Below the pieces are notes generated by a model. That model was not told the origin of the DNA. It saw only the letters and a list, made by a program, of their open reading frames with translations, and ran no database searches. Both the position numbers and the translations under genes were made by a program. DNA of 39,206 nucleotides from an uncultured Chloroflexota bacterium (lineage in GTDB: Bacteria; Chloroflexota; Limnocylindria; Limnocylindrales; Limnocylindraceae): the NCBI GenBank assembly GCA_903938075.1, contig CAJABS010000073.1:1-39206 (forward strand), given 5' to 3'. Within the stretch, counting starts at the first letter, position 1. Each line of letters starts with the position of its first letter. Shown one piece after another: positions 8,788 through 17,295 of the stretch.

Positions 8788-8868
8788 CCCCCTCTCGCTG
8801 ATCACGCCAACGCGTAGGGAAATGGTGCCATCTTCGGCTGAGGAGTGTCAACCGCACCTGTCTAATGC

Positions 8869-8884
8869 GACAAGTAGCCTTGTC
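8869..8884 (-). terminator. short inverted repeat GACAAG-n4-CTTGTC downstream of aceE (weak terminator or operator)
   Basis: The 6-bp stem with a 4-nt loop lies 12 nt after the aceE stop. It has no U-tract on the minus strand and sits 17 nt upstream of a TTGACA hexamer (8852-8847, minus) in front of efeU. Confidence 0.25.
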
Positions 8885-8896
8885 TCTTTGTGCGAA

Positions 8897-11584
8897 CTAG
8901 CGGTCGAGAACGAAGACGGGGAGCCGATCTGGGTCGATGCCCAGCTCCTTGATCGCCGCAGCCGCCTCGGCCGGCGTGCGCTCGCCACTGCGCGCCAGAG
9001 CCACCATTGCGGCGGCGGTGATGTGCTTGGCGTCAACAGAGAAGAACTCGCGGAGCGCCTCGCGGGTGTCGCTCAGGCCGAAACCGTCCGTACCAAGAAC
9101 GAGGTACGGCACGTCGATCCATGGGGCGAGCAGGTCGGGTAGCGCCGTTACCCAGTCGCTAGCGGCAACGATCGGCGCGCCACCCTTACCGAGCTGATCC
9201 TGCATCCACGAGGTTCGCGGTGCGCTCTCGGGGTGGCGACGATTCCAACGCTCAACGACGAGCGCTTCGCGGCGTAGTTCTGAATATGAGGTTGCCGACC
9301 AGATCTCGGCGCGTACGCCGAACCGCTCGCGCAGCAGCTCGCGCGCCGCAAGCACTTCGCCCATGATCGCGCCCGACCCAAAGAGGCGAACGATTGGGCC
9401 GCTCGCGCTGGCATCCGCCTCGGCGAAGCGATAGAGGCCACGATGAATCCCCTCATCGACATGCGCCCCCTCAGGGCGCGCCGGCTGGGCCTGGTTCTCG
9501 TTGTAGATCGTGAGGTAGTAGAGGATGTCTTCGCGCCCACCGTGCATGCGATCCATACCGCGGCGAATCAGCGCCGCCATCTCGTAAGCGAACGATGGAT
9601 CGTAGGCGGCCACATGTGGATGCAGATGCGCGATCAACTGCGAGTGACCGTCGTCGTGCTGCAGCCCCTCGCCGGCAAGCGTTGTGCGCCCAGCGGTTGC
9701 GCCGATCAGGAAGCCGCGGCCGCGCGCATCGCCCACCTGCCAGATCTGATCGCCCACGCGCTGGAATCCGAACATGGAGTAGAAGACGTAGAACGGAATC
9801 GTCGGCACACCGTGCGTTGCATACGCCGTTGCGGCCGCCTGGAACGAGGCCATGGAGCCGGCCTCGGTGATCCCCTCTTCAAGGAGCTGACCGCTCTGCG
9901 ACTCGCGATAACTCAACAGCAGCTCAGAGTCGACCGGCTCATAGCGCTGACCAAACGGCGCGTAGATGCCGCTCTGCTTAAAGAGTGGGTCCATGCCGAA
10001 GGTGCGCGCCTCGTCTGGAACGATCGGCACGATCTGCTGGCCGATGTTTGGATCGCGCAGCAGGTTGCGCAGCAGCTTGGCGAACGCCATGGTGGTGCTG
10101 ACCGGCACGGCGCTTCCCGCGGCGAACTCGGCATCGACCGCCGCCTCAGGCGCGCTCCAGTTCACCGGGTGCACGATGCGGGTTGGGAGCGGACCGCCGA
10201 GCGCGGCGCGGCGCTCGTTGATGTACTTCACCTCTGGGCTGTTTGGGCCAGGGTGGTAGTACGGCGCCTCAGGGATCTTCTCGTCAGGGATCGGCAGCCC
10301 AAGTCGATCGCGGAAGGCGAAGAGTTCTGCCTCAGAGAGCTTCTTCGCCTGGTGCGTCACGTTCGTCGCCTCTACCGAAGGCCCGAGGGAGTAGCCCTTC
10401 ACCGTCTTCGCCAGGATCACGGTTGGCGCACCCTTGTGCGCGACGGCCGAGGCGTAGGCGGCATGGATCTTGCGATAGTCGTGACCGCCGCGGCGGAGGC
10501 GCACCAAGTCATCGTCAGAGAGATGCTTCACCAGCGCGCCGAGCTCTGGCTCTGGGCCGAAGAAGTGCTCGCGAATGTATGCGCCACCAGCAACGATGTA
10601 CTTCTGGAACTCACCGTCAACGGTCGAGTCCATCTTGCGTACGAGCTGTCCGCCCGTGTCGTTCGCCAAGAGTTCGTCCCACTCCCGGCTCCAGATCACC
10701 TTGATCACATTCCAGCCGGCGCCGCGGAAGAGGCCCTCGAGCTCTTGAATGATCTTGCCGTTGCCGCGCACCGGGCCGTCGAGTCGCTGCAGGTTGCAGT
10801 TCACCACCCAGGTGAGGTTGTCGAGCCCTTCGCGCGCGGCAAGGGTCAGCGCGCCTGCCGACTCTGGCTCATCCATCTCACCGTCACCGAGGAAGGCCCA
10901 GACGCGGCTCCCCGACGTGTCGGTGAGGCTGCGGTTGTGGAGGTAGCGGTTGTAGCGCGCCTGATAGATCGAACCGATACCGCCGAGGCCCATGGAGACG
11001 GTTGGGAACTCCCAGAAGTCTGGCAGGAGGCGTGCATGCGGATACGACGGGAGGCCACCATGTCCGGCCGTCTCTTGTCGATAACGATCGAGTTGCGGCG
11101 CACTGATGCGCCCCTCGAGATAGGCGCGTGAATATATGCCGGGGGCGGCATGCCCCTGATAGAAGATCTGGTCGCCGGCACTCCCCTGCTTGCCGCGGAA
11201 GAAGTGGTTGAAGCCAACCTCGTAGAGGCTCGCGGCGCTGGCGTAGGTGGCGAGATGCCCGCCGATGCCGGCGTGCGTCTTGTTCGCGCGCAGCACCATG
11301 GCGGCGGCGTTCCAGCGAATGATGTGGCGGATGCGCGTCTCCATCGCCTCATCTCCAGGGAAGGTGGGCTCATCGCTCGTCTTGATGGTGTTGATGTACG
11401 GCGTGGTGGCCAGGGTCGGGAGATCGACGCCAAGGTCGCGCGCTCGCGCGAGGAGGCGCATCAGGAGAAGCTTGGCGCGCTCGGGGCCGTGGGCCGCGAT
11501 CGATCGCTCGATCTCGCCGATCAGGCGTGCCGTCTCCGTTGGGTCGGCGTCGGGGATCTGCTCAAGGAAGTCGAAGGTCTGCAC
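8897..11584 (-). CDS. aceE: pyruvate dehydrogenase E1 component, homodimeric type
   Basis: ORF 8897..11821 trimmed to GTG 11584 (VQTFDFLEQIPDADPTETARLIGEIE...), giving 895 aa. The longer version would overlap pncA on the other strand with Arg/Gly-rich junk. Motifs: YINTIKTSDEPTFPGDEAME, IRWNAAAMVLRANK, GGHLATYASAASLYEVGFNHFFRG, GDGEMDEPES. Confidence 0.9.
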   Translation of the reverse strand: MQTFDFLEQIPDADPTETARLIGEIERSIAAHGPERAKLLLMRLLARARDLGVDLPTLATTPYINTIKTSDEPTFPGDEAMETRIRHIIRWNAAAMVLRANKTHAGIGGHLATYASAASLYEVGFNHFFRGKQGSAGDQIFYQGHAAPGIYSRAYLEGRISAPQLDRYRQETAGHGGLPSYPHARLLPDFWEFPTVSMGLGGIGSIYQARYNRYLHNRSLTDTSGSRVWAFLGDGEMDEPESAGALTLAAREGLDNLTWVVNCNLQRLDGPVRGNGKIIQELEGLFRGAGWNVIKVIWSREWDELLANDTGGQLVRKMDSTVDGEFQKYIVAGGAYIREHFFGPEPELGALVKHLSDDDLVRLRRGGHDYRKIHAAYASAVAHKGAPTVILAKTVKGYSLGPSVEATNVTHQAKKLSEAELFAFRDRLGLPIPDEKIPEAPYYHPGPNSPEVKYINERRAALGGPLPTRIVHPVNWSAPEAAVDAEFAAGSAVPVSTTMAFAKLLRNLLRDPNIGQQIVPIVPDEARTFGMDPLFKQSGIYAPFGQRYEPVDSELLLSYRESQSGQLLEEGITEAGSMASFQAAATAYATHGVPTIPFYVFYSMFGFQRVGDQIWQVGDARGRGFLIGATAGRTTLAGEGLQHDDGHSQLIAHLHPHVAAYDPSFAYEMAALIRRGMDRMHGGREDILYYLTIYNENQAQPARPEGAHVDEGIHRGLYRFAEADASASGPIVRLFGSGAIMGEVLAARELLRERFGVRAEIWSATSYSELRREALVVERWNRRHPESAPRTSWMQDQLGKGGAPIVAASDWVTALPDLLAPWIDVPYLVLGTDGFGLSDTREALREFFSVDAKHITAAAMVALARSGERTPAEAAAAIKELGIDPDRLPVFVLDR

Positions 11585-11622
11585 GATTCCCCAAGGGTAG
11601 CGCCCCGTGCGAGGATGCGGGT

Positions 11623-12213
11623 ATGGCAAAACCGCAGCGTGCCCTTCTGATCGTTGACCTACAGGTCGACTTCGGCGACCCCTCGGGAAGCCTCTTCGTT
11701 GCCGGTGCCCCCGCGGCCCTCCCCCACGTGCTGCGCCTGGTTGAGCGCGCCCGAGCCCACGGCGAGCTCGTCGTCTGGAGTCAGGACTGGCACCCCGAGA
11801 GCACACCGCACTTCGCCCCACAGGGCGGCACCTGGCCAGTGCACTGCGTTGCGGGGAGCCCAGGGGCCGAACTCCTCCCCGAGGCGGTACTGGCGCAGCG
11901 CCCTGGTGATGTGGTGATTCGCAAAGGGGTGGCTGGCGAGGATGGCTACAGCGCCTTCTCGCTCCGCAATCCGATCACCGGTGAGGTCCGCTCTACCGAA
12001 CTTGCGGCGCTCCTGCGCAACGCGGGTGTCACGCTCGTAACCGTCTGTGGCCTTGCCACCGACTGGTGCGTCAAGGCCACCGCGCTCGACGCACTGACCG
12101 CTGGGTTCACCGTTGAAGTGGCCGTTGCCGCAACCGCCGGCGTTGAGCTACGCGATGGCGACACCGCCGCAGCGCTCCAAGAGATTGAGTCTGCGGGCGG
12201 AGTGCTCTGCTGA
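11623..12213 (+). CDS. pncA: nicotinamidase / pyrazinamidase (isochorismatase family)
   Basis: ORF 11527..12213 trimmed to ATG 11623. Motifs: ALLIVDLQVDF (catalytic Asp), SQDWHPESTPHF (metal site), VIRKG (Lys), VCGLATDWCV (catalytic Cys). Confidence 0.85.
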   Translation: MAKPQRALLIVDLQVDFGDPSGSLFVAGAPAALPHVLRLVERARAHGELVVWSQDWHPESTPHFAPQGGTWPVHCVAGSPGAELLPEAVLAQRPGDVVIRKGVAGEDGYSAFSLRNPITGEVRSTELAALLRNAGVTLVTVCGLATDWCVKATALDALTAGFTVEVAVAATAGVELRDGDTAAALQEIESAGGVLC

Positions 12214-12752
12214 TGCTGTTGCTCTTGATCGCTGGCGTCGGTCTGCTTGGCGCAATCTTCGTTGAGCTGCTGCTTGGTCGACTCATCGCTGCAGGAAAGA
12301 TCCGACGACCCGAGATCAATCTAGTGATTGAAATTGCGGCACCCCGTGACACGGTGTGGACCTACGCCTCAGACATTGCGCGGCAGCCCGAATGGATGCA
12401 CGAGATGAAACGAGTCGAGATGCTCACGCCGCCACCAGTGCAGCCCGGCTCGCGCGGTCGCGCCACCGTGCGCATCTTCGGCATCTCGACGACCGACGAC
12501 GTCGTGATTACACAGTTCGATCCCCCAAGCACCTTTGCGATTCGACATGAGGGGAAGTTTGTTGGCGAGGGGATCCTGCGCTTCACTGATATTGATGCGG
12601 CGCGTACGCGCATTGATTGGATGGAGTACCTGCGGCCGCCGCTCTTCGCAAACATCGGAGGCTTCGTTCAGCGTCCAATCCTCGGTGCGATCTTTCGATC
12701 AGACCTGCGCCATCTGAAGCGCATCCTTGAAGAGGGTTCGACCGGAAACTAG
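12213..12752 (+). CDS. membrane-anchored SRPBCC (START/polyketide-cyclase-like) domain protein
   Basis: N-terminal TM helix MLLLLIAGVGLLGAIFVELLL, then EIAAPRDTVWTYASDIARQPEWMHEMK, typical of SRPBCC ligand-binding domains. TGATG overlap with the pncA stop. Confidence 0.6.
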   Translation: MLLLLIAGVGLLGAIFVELLLGRLIAAGKIRRPEINLVIEIAAPRDTVWTYASDIARQPEWMHEMKRVEMLTPPPVQPGSRGRATVRIFGISTTDDVVITQFDPPSTFAIRHEGKFVGEGILRFTDIDAARTRIDWMEYLRPPLFANIGGFVQRPILGAIFRSDLRHLKRILEEGSTGN

Positions 12753-13210
12753 TCCCCGCAGGTGATCGTGAGCGGGATGGGGTCGCTGCCAAAGCTTTTG
12801 AGCTGACGATCGACGGTGGTGGTTGCCCCCGGCTCAATGCGCGGGGTGGAGATGATCTCGGAGAGGCCGGCGCTGCCGATCTCGCTCGTTGTGACCTGGC
12901 AGGTGGCCGACCCTGCGGTCGCCCCTGTGTTCGTGACGGTGATCGCCACGGCGAGGCCGCCCGGCACTGAGTCGGCGGGGCTCATCGCGACGGTGAATGG
13001 CCCGATCCCTCGTGATGCGCTCCCGGCGAGAGAGGCTAGGAGAAGGACCGCTGCGCCAATGCCGAGAAAGACGGTGCCGTGCGCCTGGCTCGCCGACGGC
13101 TGTGCGAGGCCCAGTGGGTTGCAGCGTTCACAGAGCGCCGTCTGCAACGAGACGGGCGCACCGCAGCGAACACACGGCTGCGTCTGAGTGCGCACTTCGG
13201 ATTGGCTCAT
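12749..13210 (-). CDS. hypothetical membrane protein with N-terminal zinc-ribbon
   Basis: CVRCGAPVSLQTALCERCNP (CxxC-n9-CxxC), one TM helix (VFLGIGAAVLLLASLAGSA) and an ~85-aa Thr/Gly-rich external domain. Good codon-position GC bias, and coupled 7 nt downstream of the LLM gene. Confidence 0.5.
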   Translation of the reverse strand: MSQSEVRTQTQPCVRCGAPVSLQTALCERCNPLGLAQPSASQAHGTVFLGIGAAVLLLASLAGSASRGIGPFTVAMSPADSVPGGLAVAITVTNTGATAGSATCQVTTSEIGSAGLSEIISTPRIEPGATTTVDRQLKSFGSDPIPLTITCGD

Positions 13211-13217
13211 GCGTACA

Positions 13218-14066
13218 TCATCTCAGTTTCGCCAGAAGCTGGAGCGCATCTTCAACATCACGTTCAGTGCGCACCGTCACGATGAGGCCGTCGGCGCCGC
13301 TGGCGTGCGCCGCTGCTAGTACCCCCTGCGGATCTCTGCCGAACGGCGACTCCAGTAGCGTCTCGCTCGCACGCAACTCATGCAGCAGGTGCGTTCGTAC
13401 CAGTGGCTCTGTGCGACCAGCGGCACGCTCACTCTCGCGCAACTGCGCGTACCCCGCCGCGAATGTCACTGCGGGAGCCACCCACTCATCGGCATACGAC
13501 GCCGCAAGGCTGATGGAGCTCGGATGGTCGCCTGCGACAAGCAGGCGCACGCGGGCACCGGGGCGTGGGGCACTCGCTGCTCCGCTCAGGCTCCCTGGCG
13601 CGGTGAGCGTGATGCGCTCGCTCGGATCGCCGTTCAGCATCGCGCGCGCAACGGCAACCTGTTCGGTGAGCGCCGCAATGCGCTGACTCACCTCGCCGTA
13701 GGGCATCCCCAGCGCATCGTGCTCGGCAGCATCGCCACCAGCGCCGATGCCGAGGGTGAATCGCCCCGGAGCGATCGCGTCGAGCGTCGCCGCAATCTTT
13801 GCGGTGAGCGCCGGGTGCCGCTTCGTGACATCGAGCACCAGTGTGCCGACATGCAGATTCGGAGTGAGCGCGAGTGCGGCCGCGGCCAACGTGGTCGCCT
13901 CTAGAACGGAGCGGTCTGGTGCACCGCGCCCCATGAGGTGATCCCAGATCCAGAGGCGATCAATCGGACCTGTTGCTAGCCGCGAAGCGGCACGCAGCCA
14001 CGCATCTCCCTCGAGGCCGATGGTGCCGAGAGCGACGCCGACTGGGATCGGCGCGGTTCGCGTCAC
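13218..14066 (-). CDS. luciferase-like monooxygenase (LLM) family oxidoreductase, probably F420-dependent
   Basis: Motifs PVGVALGTIG, IDRLWIWDHLMG, PGRFTLGIGAGG. GTG start 11 nt after the deoD stop. F420 use is inferred from the family and from the F420 genes nearby. Confidence 0.7.
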   Translation of the reverse strand: MTRTAPIPVGVALGTIGLEGDAWLRAASRLATGPIDRLWIWDHLMGRGAPDRSVLEATTLAAAALALTPNLHVGTLVLDVTKRHPALTAKIAATLDAIAPGRFTLGIGAGGDAAEHDALGMPYGEVSQRIAALTEQVAVARAMLNGDPSERITLTAPGSLSGAASAPRPGARVRLLVAGDHPSSISLAASYADEWVAPAVTFAAGYAQLRESERAAGRTEPLVRTHLLHELRASETLLESPFGRDPQGVLAAAHASGADGLIVTVRTERDVEDALQLLAKLR

Positions 14067-14077
14067 GAGCGTGCGGG

Positions 14078-14857
14078 CTAGCGAGCGCCGAGCGTTGCGG
14101 CAGCCTTCAGCGCAGCGCCGATCGTTAGATCGATGCGCTTGATCAGCTCATCTTCAGGGAGTCGGTACCACGGCTCACTCCCCCCCTTACGCGCCTCGGC
14201 GACAACCTTCGGATCGCGAATCGTGTCGGAGACGGTGAGAATAGTTCCGGCGCGAACTGGTCGACCCTTGGCGCGCTCGCGCATCGCGAGCAAGAACATT
14301 GCGGCTGACTCCATCTCAACACCGAGATAGCCGCGCGCGCCCCAGCGAGCGGTGCCGAGCGGATTCGGATCGTAGAAGACGTCAGAGGTGACGATCGGCC
14401 CAACGTGCGTGGTCAAGCCTTCGGCCTTCGCTGCCGCGACAAGAACATTTGTCACATCGAAGTCCGCGGTTGGCGCGGTCGGCTCGTCGAATCCGAGGAT
14501 TGGGCCAATGCCGCTGCTGGCGACTGCCGCCGAAGCGACAATCACATCGCCCGTATCAAGATGCAGGAAGCCGCCGCAGGTGCCGATGCGCACGAACGTC
14601 TCAACGCCAAGGTTCAGCAACTCTTCCATAACAATGCTCGTTGTTGGCGTACCCATCCCTGTGGTCTGAACGCTGACTGGTACGCCGTTGATCGTCCCCG
14701 TATAGCCGAGGAGACCACGGTGCTCGTTGACCAGCTTCGCCTTCTCAAGTCCCCCGTCGAAGCGCGCCGCGATCCGCTTGGAGCGGTTCGGGTCGCCCGG
14801 CATGAGGACGATGGGGGCGTAGTCGCCGCTCTCGGCGTGTAGGTGAATCTGGCCCAT
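14078..14857 (-). CDS. deoD: purine nucleoside phosphorylase, DeoD (PNP/UDP family 1) type
   Basis: ORF 14078..15130 trimmed to ATG 14857 (GGAGGTG 4 nt upstream). MGQIHLHAESGDYAPIVLMPGDPNRSKRIAARF parallels the E. coli DeoD N-terminus. Further motifs: VSVQTTGMGTPTTSI, RIGTCGG, LGVEMESAAMF. Confidence 0.85.
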   Translation of the reverse strand: MGQIHLHAESGDYAPIVLMPGDPNRSKRIAARFDGGLEKAKLVNEHRGLLGYTGTINGVPVSVQTTGMGTPTTSIVMEELLNLGVETFVRIGTCGGFLHLDTGDVIVASAAVASSGIGPILGFDEPTAPTADFDVTNVLVAAAKAEGLTTHVGPIVTSDVFYDPNPLGTARWGARGYLGVEMESAAMFLLAMRERAKGRPVRAGTILTVSDTIRDPKVVAEARKGGSEPWYRLPEDELIKRIDLTIGAALKAAATLGAR

Positions 14858-14911
14858 GGGGCACCTCCACAACTTCTGAGCCCCCACTAGGACGGCGGGC
14901 TCCGTTGCGTG

Positions 14912-14917
14912 TAGCGT
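14912..14917 (+). promoter_or_regulatory. -10-like hexamer TAGCGT, 7 nt before the ATG of the PPOX/F420 operon (candidate leaderless promoter)
   Basis: TAGCGT-acgcctc-ATG(14925). There is no Shine-Dalgarno-like purine run between the hexamer and the start. Confidence 0.4.
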
Positions 14918-14924
14918 ACGCCTC

Positions 14925-15353
14925 ATGAGCCCATTAGGAATTGGCGATCCTGGGATCCGGAGGTTCCTCGACCGACCACGCTTCGGCAGCCTCGCAACCA
15001 TCGACGCCGATGGCGCACCGTTTGCCGCGGTGGTCTGGTACGAGCTCGTCGGCGACCGCATCCTTGTGAACAGTGCCGAGGGGCGCCGCTGGCCGGCCAA
15101 CCTCCGCCGTGACCCCCGCTGCTCCTTCATGGTTGAGGACCGCTACGACTATGTGCAGATCCTTGGGCGCGTGCGGATGGACGACAACCAGGAGGTCGCC
15201 CAGGCGCAGATGGCGCGGATGGCCGCCAAGTACCTCAGTGATCCCGCTCTCTTGGCGAAGAATCTCGCGATGTTCAAAACGCAGCAACGAATCCTCATCG
15301 AAATCGTTCCCGAGCGCATCGGTGCGCACGGCAAGCCGGTTGGAGAGGAGTAG
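14925..15353 (+). CDS. PPOX-class (pyridoxamine-5'-phosphate-oxidase-like split barrel) probable F420-dependent enzyme
   Basis: FLDRPRFGSLATIDADGAPFAAVVWYELVGDRILVNSAEGRRWPANLRRDPRCSFMVED is typical of actinobacterial PPOX-class F420/FMN proteins. It is the first gene of the fgd-cofD-cofCE operon. Confidence 0.72.
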   Translation: MSPLGIGDPGIRRFLDRPRFGSLATIDADGAPFAAVVWYELVGDRILVNSAEGRRWPANLRRDPRCSFMVEDRYDYVQILGRVRMDDNQEVAQAQMARMAAKYLSDPALLAKNLAMFKTQQRILIEIVPERIGAHGKPVGEE

Positions 15354-15355
15354 CG

Positions 15356-16351
15356 ATGAGCAAGGGTTCCGCCAAGATCGGATACGCCGCGATGCTCGAG
15401 CAGTTCGGACCGACCGAGGTCGTCGACTATTCCGTTGCCGCCGAGCAGGCGGGCTTCAGCGGCGTGATGGCCGCGGATCACTTCCAGCCTTGGGTACCAG
15501 AGCAGGGCTCTGCGCCATTCGTCTGGAACGTGATGACGCTACTCGCCGAGCGCACCAAGGGCGATGTCGGCCCCGGCGTCACCTGCCCGGGTTGGCGCAT
15601 GCATCCCGCAACGGTTGCACAGGCGTCAGCAACACTCGAAACGATGTACCCGGGCCGACACTGGCTCGGCCTTGGTTCGGGCGAAGCGCTCAACGAGCAT
15701 GTTGTTGGCGGCTACTGGCCAGAGGTTGGCGAACGCATCGCACGCATGTTTGAGGCGGTCGAAATCATTCGCAAGCTCTTCACAGGCAAAGAGGTGAAGC
15801 ATGCTGGTCGCTGGTATCAGCTGGAGAGCACACGCCTCTGGACGCTACCGCCTGCCCCGCCACCAATCTATGTGGCGACCGCCGGACCAATCACCGCCAA
15901 GAAGACGGGCGAACTCTGCGACGGCATCATCACCGTTGGCGCCGCCGACGAGAAGATCCAGACGGTCTTTGACAAGTTCGCCGAGGGGGCACGCGCGGCT
16001 GGCAAGAACCCAGACGCAATGCCAAAGATTCTGCAACTGCATCTCTCATGGGCGCCGACCGATGAAGAGGCGCTCGCGAACGCGATGCACGAGTGGCCGA
16101 ACGGCGGAATGAAGTTCCCGAAGCAGGATATTCGTAACCCTTCGGACTTCCAGCAGATGGCGAAGCTCGTGCGACCCGAAGACTTCGCTGGGCGCATGGT
16201 GATCTCGAGCGACCTTGAGACGCACCGCAAGACGATTCAGCGCTACCTGGACATGGGCTTCGACAAGATCTACCTGCATAACGTGGGTCGCAACCAAGCA
16301 GAATGGGCCGCCGCCTTCGGGCGCGAGGTGCTCCCCGCCCTCACGGCGTGA
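15356..16351 (+). CDS. fgd: F420-dependent glucose-6-phosphate dehydrogenase family LLM oxidoreductase
   Basis: IGYAAMLEQFGPTEVVDYSVAAEQAGFSGVMAADHFQPW and LGLGSGEALNEH parallel mycobacterial FGD1. The start lies 2 nt after the PPOX stop. Confidence 0.82.
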   Translation: MSKGSAKIGYAAMLEQFGPTEVVDYSVAAEQAGFSGVMAADHFQPWVPEQGSAPFVWNVMTLLAERTKGDVGPGVTCPGWRMHPATVAQASATLETMYPGRHWLGLGSGEALNEHVVGGYWPEVGERIARMFEAVEIIRKLFTGKEVKHAGRWYQLESTRLWTLPPAPPPIYVATAGPITAKKTGELCDGIITVGAADEKIQTVFDKFAEGARAAGKNPDAMPKILQLHLSWAPTDEEALANAMHEWPNGGMKFPKQDIRNPSDFQQMAKLVRPEDFAGRMVISSDLETHRKTIQRYLDMGFDKIYLHNVGRNQAEWAAAFGREVLPALTA

Positions 16352-17295
16352 GCCCGCGCGTCGCACTCCTTGCAGGGGGCGTTGGCGGGGCGAAGCTCGC
16401 CCACGGCCTGCGCGCGGCACTCCCAGCTGGTGTCCTCTCGATCATCGCGAACCCGGGCGACGACTTTGAGCTGCATGGGCTCACCATCTGCCCGGATCAC
16501 GACACCCTGCTCTATACCCTCGCCGACCTTGGTGACCGCGAGCGCGGCTGGGGTCTCGCCGGCGAAACCTGGAACGCCCTTGAGCAGTTCGGCAAGATCG
16601 GCGCACCCGACTGGTTCCGGCTCGGCGATCGCGACCTTGCACTGCACATCCATCGCACCGCGCAACTACGCGCTGGCGGGCGACTCACCGAGGTGAATCG
16701 CGAGATCCAGCGCAAGCTCGGTCTCAGCGAAGCGCCGATCCTGATGGCGACCGACGATCCACTGCGCACGCGCCTGCGCACTCCAGACGGCTGGATGGAG
16801 TTCCAACCATGGTTTGTTGGCGCGCAAGCGAAGCCTGAGGTTCTGGAAGTGACATTCGACGGTGCCGAGGCGGCGCGCCCGACCGCCGAAACGCTCGATG
16901 CACTCGCTACCGCTGAGCGCATCGTCATTGCGCCATCAAATCCGTTGATCTCGATTGCTCCAATTCTCGCTATCCCTGGCATCCGCGAGGCGATCGCGGC
17001 AGCACGGGCACGCGGCGCCCTTGTCGTTGGCGTCTCGCCAATTGTTGGTGGGAAGGCGCTGAAGGGGCCAGCCGATCGCATGCTCGCCGCAGCGGGACTC
17101 GACGTCTCGCCGGCGGGCGTCGCCAAGCATCTGACCGGGTTGATGGATGCCTTCATCGTTGAAACGTCAGACCTCACCCCAGCTCTTGCGGCCTCACTCA
17201 CGCCACATGTGCGCAAGAGCGTTGCTGCGCCGATTGTCATGAGCGATGATGCGGCGCGGCTCGCCGTGGCACGCGCCGTTCTCGCCGTTACGTGA
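16348..17295 (+). CDS. cofD: 2-phospho-L-lactate (or EPPG) transferase CofD/FbiA
   Basis: ORF 16303..17295 trimmed to GTG 16348 (GTGA overlap with the fgd stop). Motifs: VALLAGGVGGAKLAHGL, IANPGDDFELHGLTICPDHDTLLYTLA, GWGLAGETW. Confidence 0.88.
   Translation: MSPRVALLAGGVGGAKLAHGLRAALPAGVLSIIANPGDDFELHGLTICPDHDTLLYTLADLGDRERGWGLAGETWNALEQFGKIGAPDWFRLGDRDLALHIHRTAQLRAGGRLTEVNREIQRKLGLSEAPILMATDDPLRTRLRTPDGWMEFQPWFVGAQAKPEVLEVTFDGAEAARPTAETLDALATAERIVIAPSNPLISIAPILAIPGIREAIAAARARGALVVGVSPIVGGKALKGPADRMLAAAGLDVSPAGVAKHLTGLMDAFIVETSDLTPALAASLTPHVRKSVAAPIVMSDDAARLAVARAVLAVT

Noticed and set aside
8788-8896. An IdeR/DtxR-type 19-bp palindrome, or a TPP riboswitch, upstream of the efeU-ABC (NMT1/ThiY-like) operon.
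   Set aside because: I compared the region by eye with the IdeR consensus TTAGGTTAGGCTAACCTAA and with conserved TPP riboswitch elements (CUGAGA and the pyrimidine-sensor helix). There was no convincing match, and the region is short for a riboswitch.
9443-11131. A 562-aa ORF on the + strand, antisense to aceE.
   Set aside because: The sequence is Arg/Leu/His/Val-rich and low-complexity with no recognisable motif. It lies entirely inside a confidently identified aceE. This is the typical antisense shadow ORF of a GC-rich genome with G/C at third codon positions.
11585-11821. N-terminal extensions of track ORFs: aceE to 11821, deoD to 15130, the binding protein to 6448, the permease to 7325, the SCO1664-type gene from 4350, pncA from 11527, CYTH from 24642, and cofD from 16303.
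   Set aside because: The extensions are low-complexity, overlap neighbouring genes, and precede internal starts that have Shine-Dalgarno or TAnnnT signals and N-termini matching the families.
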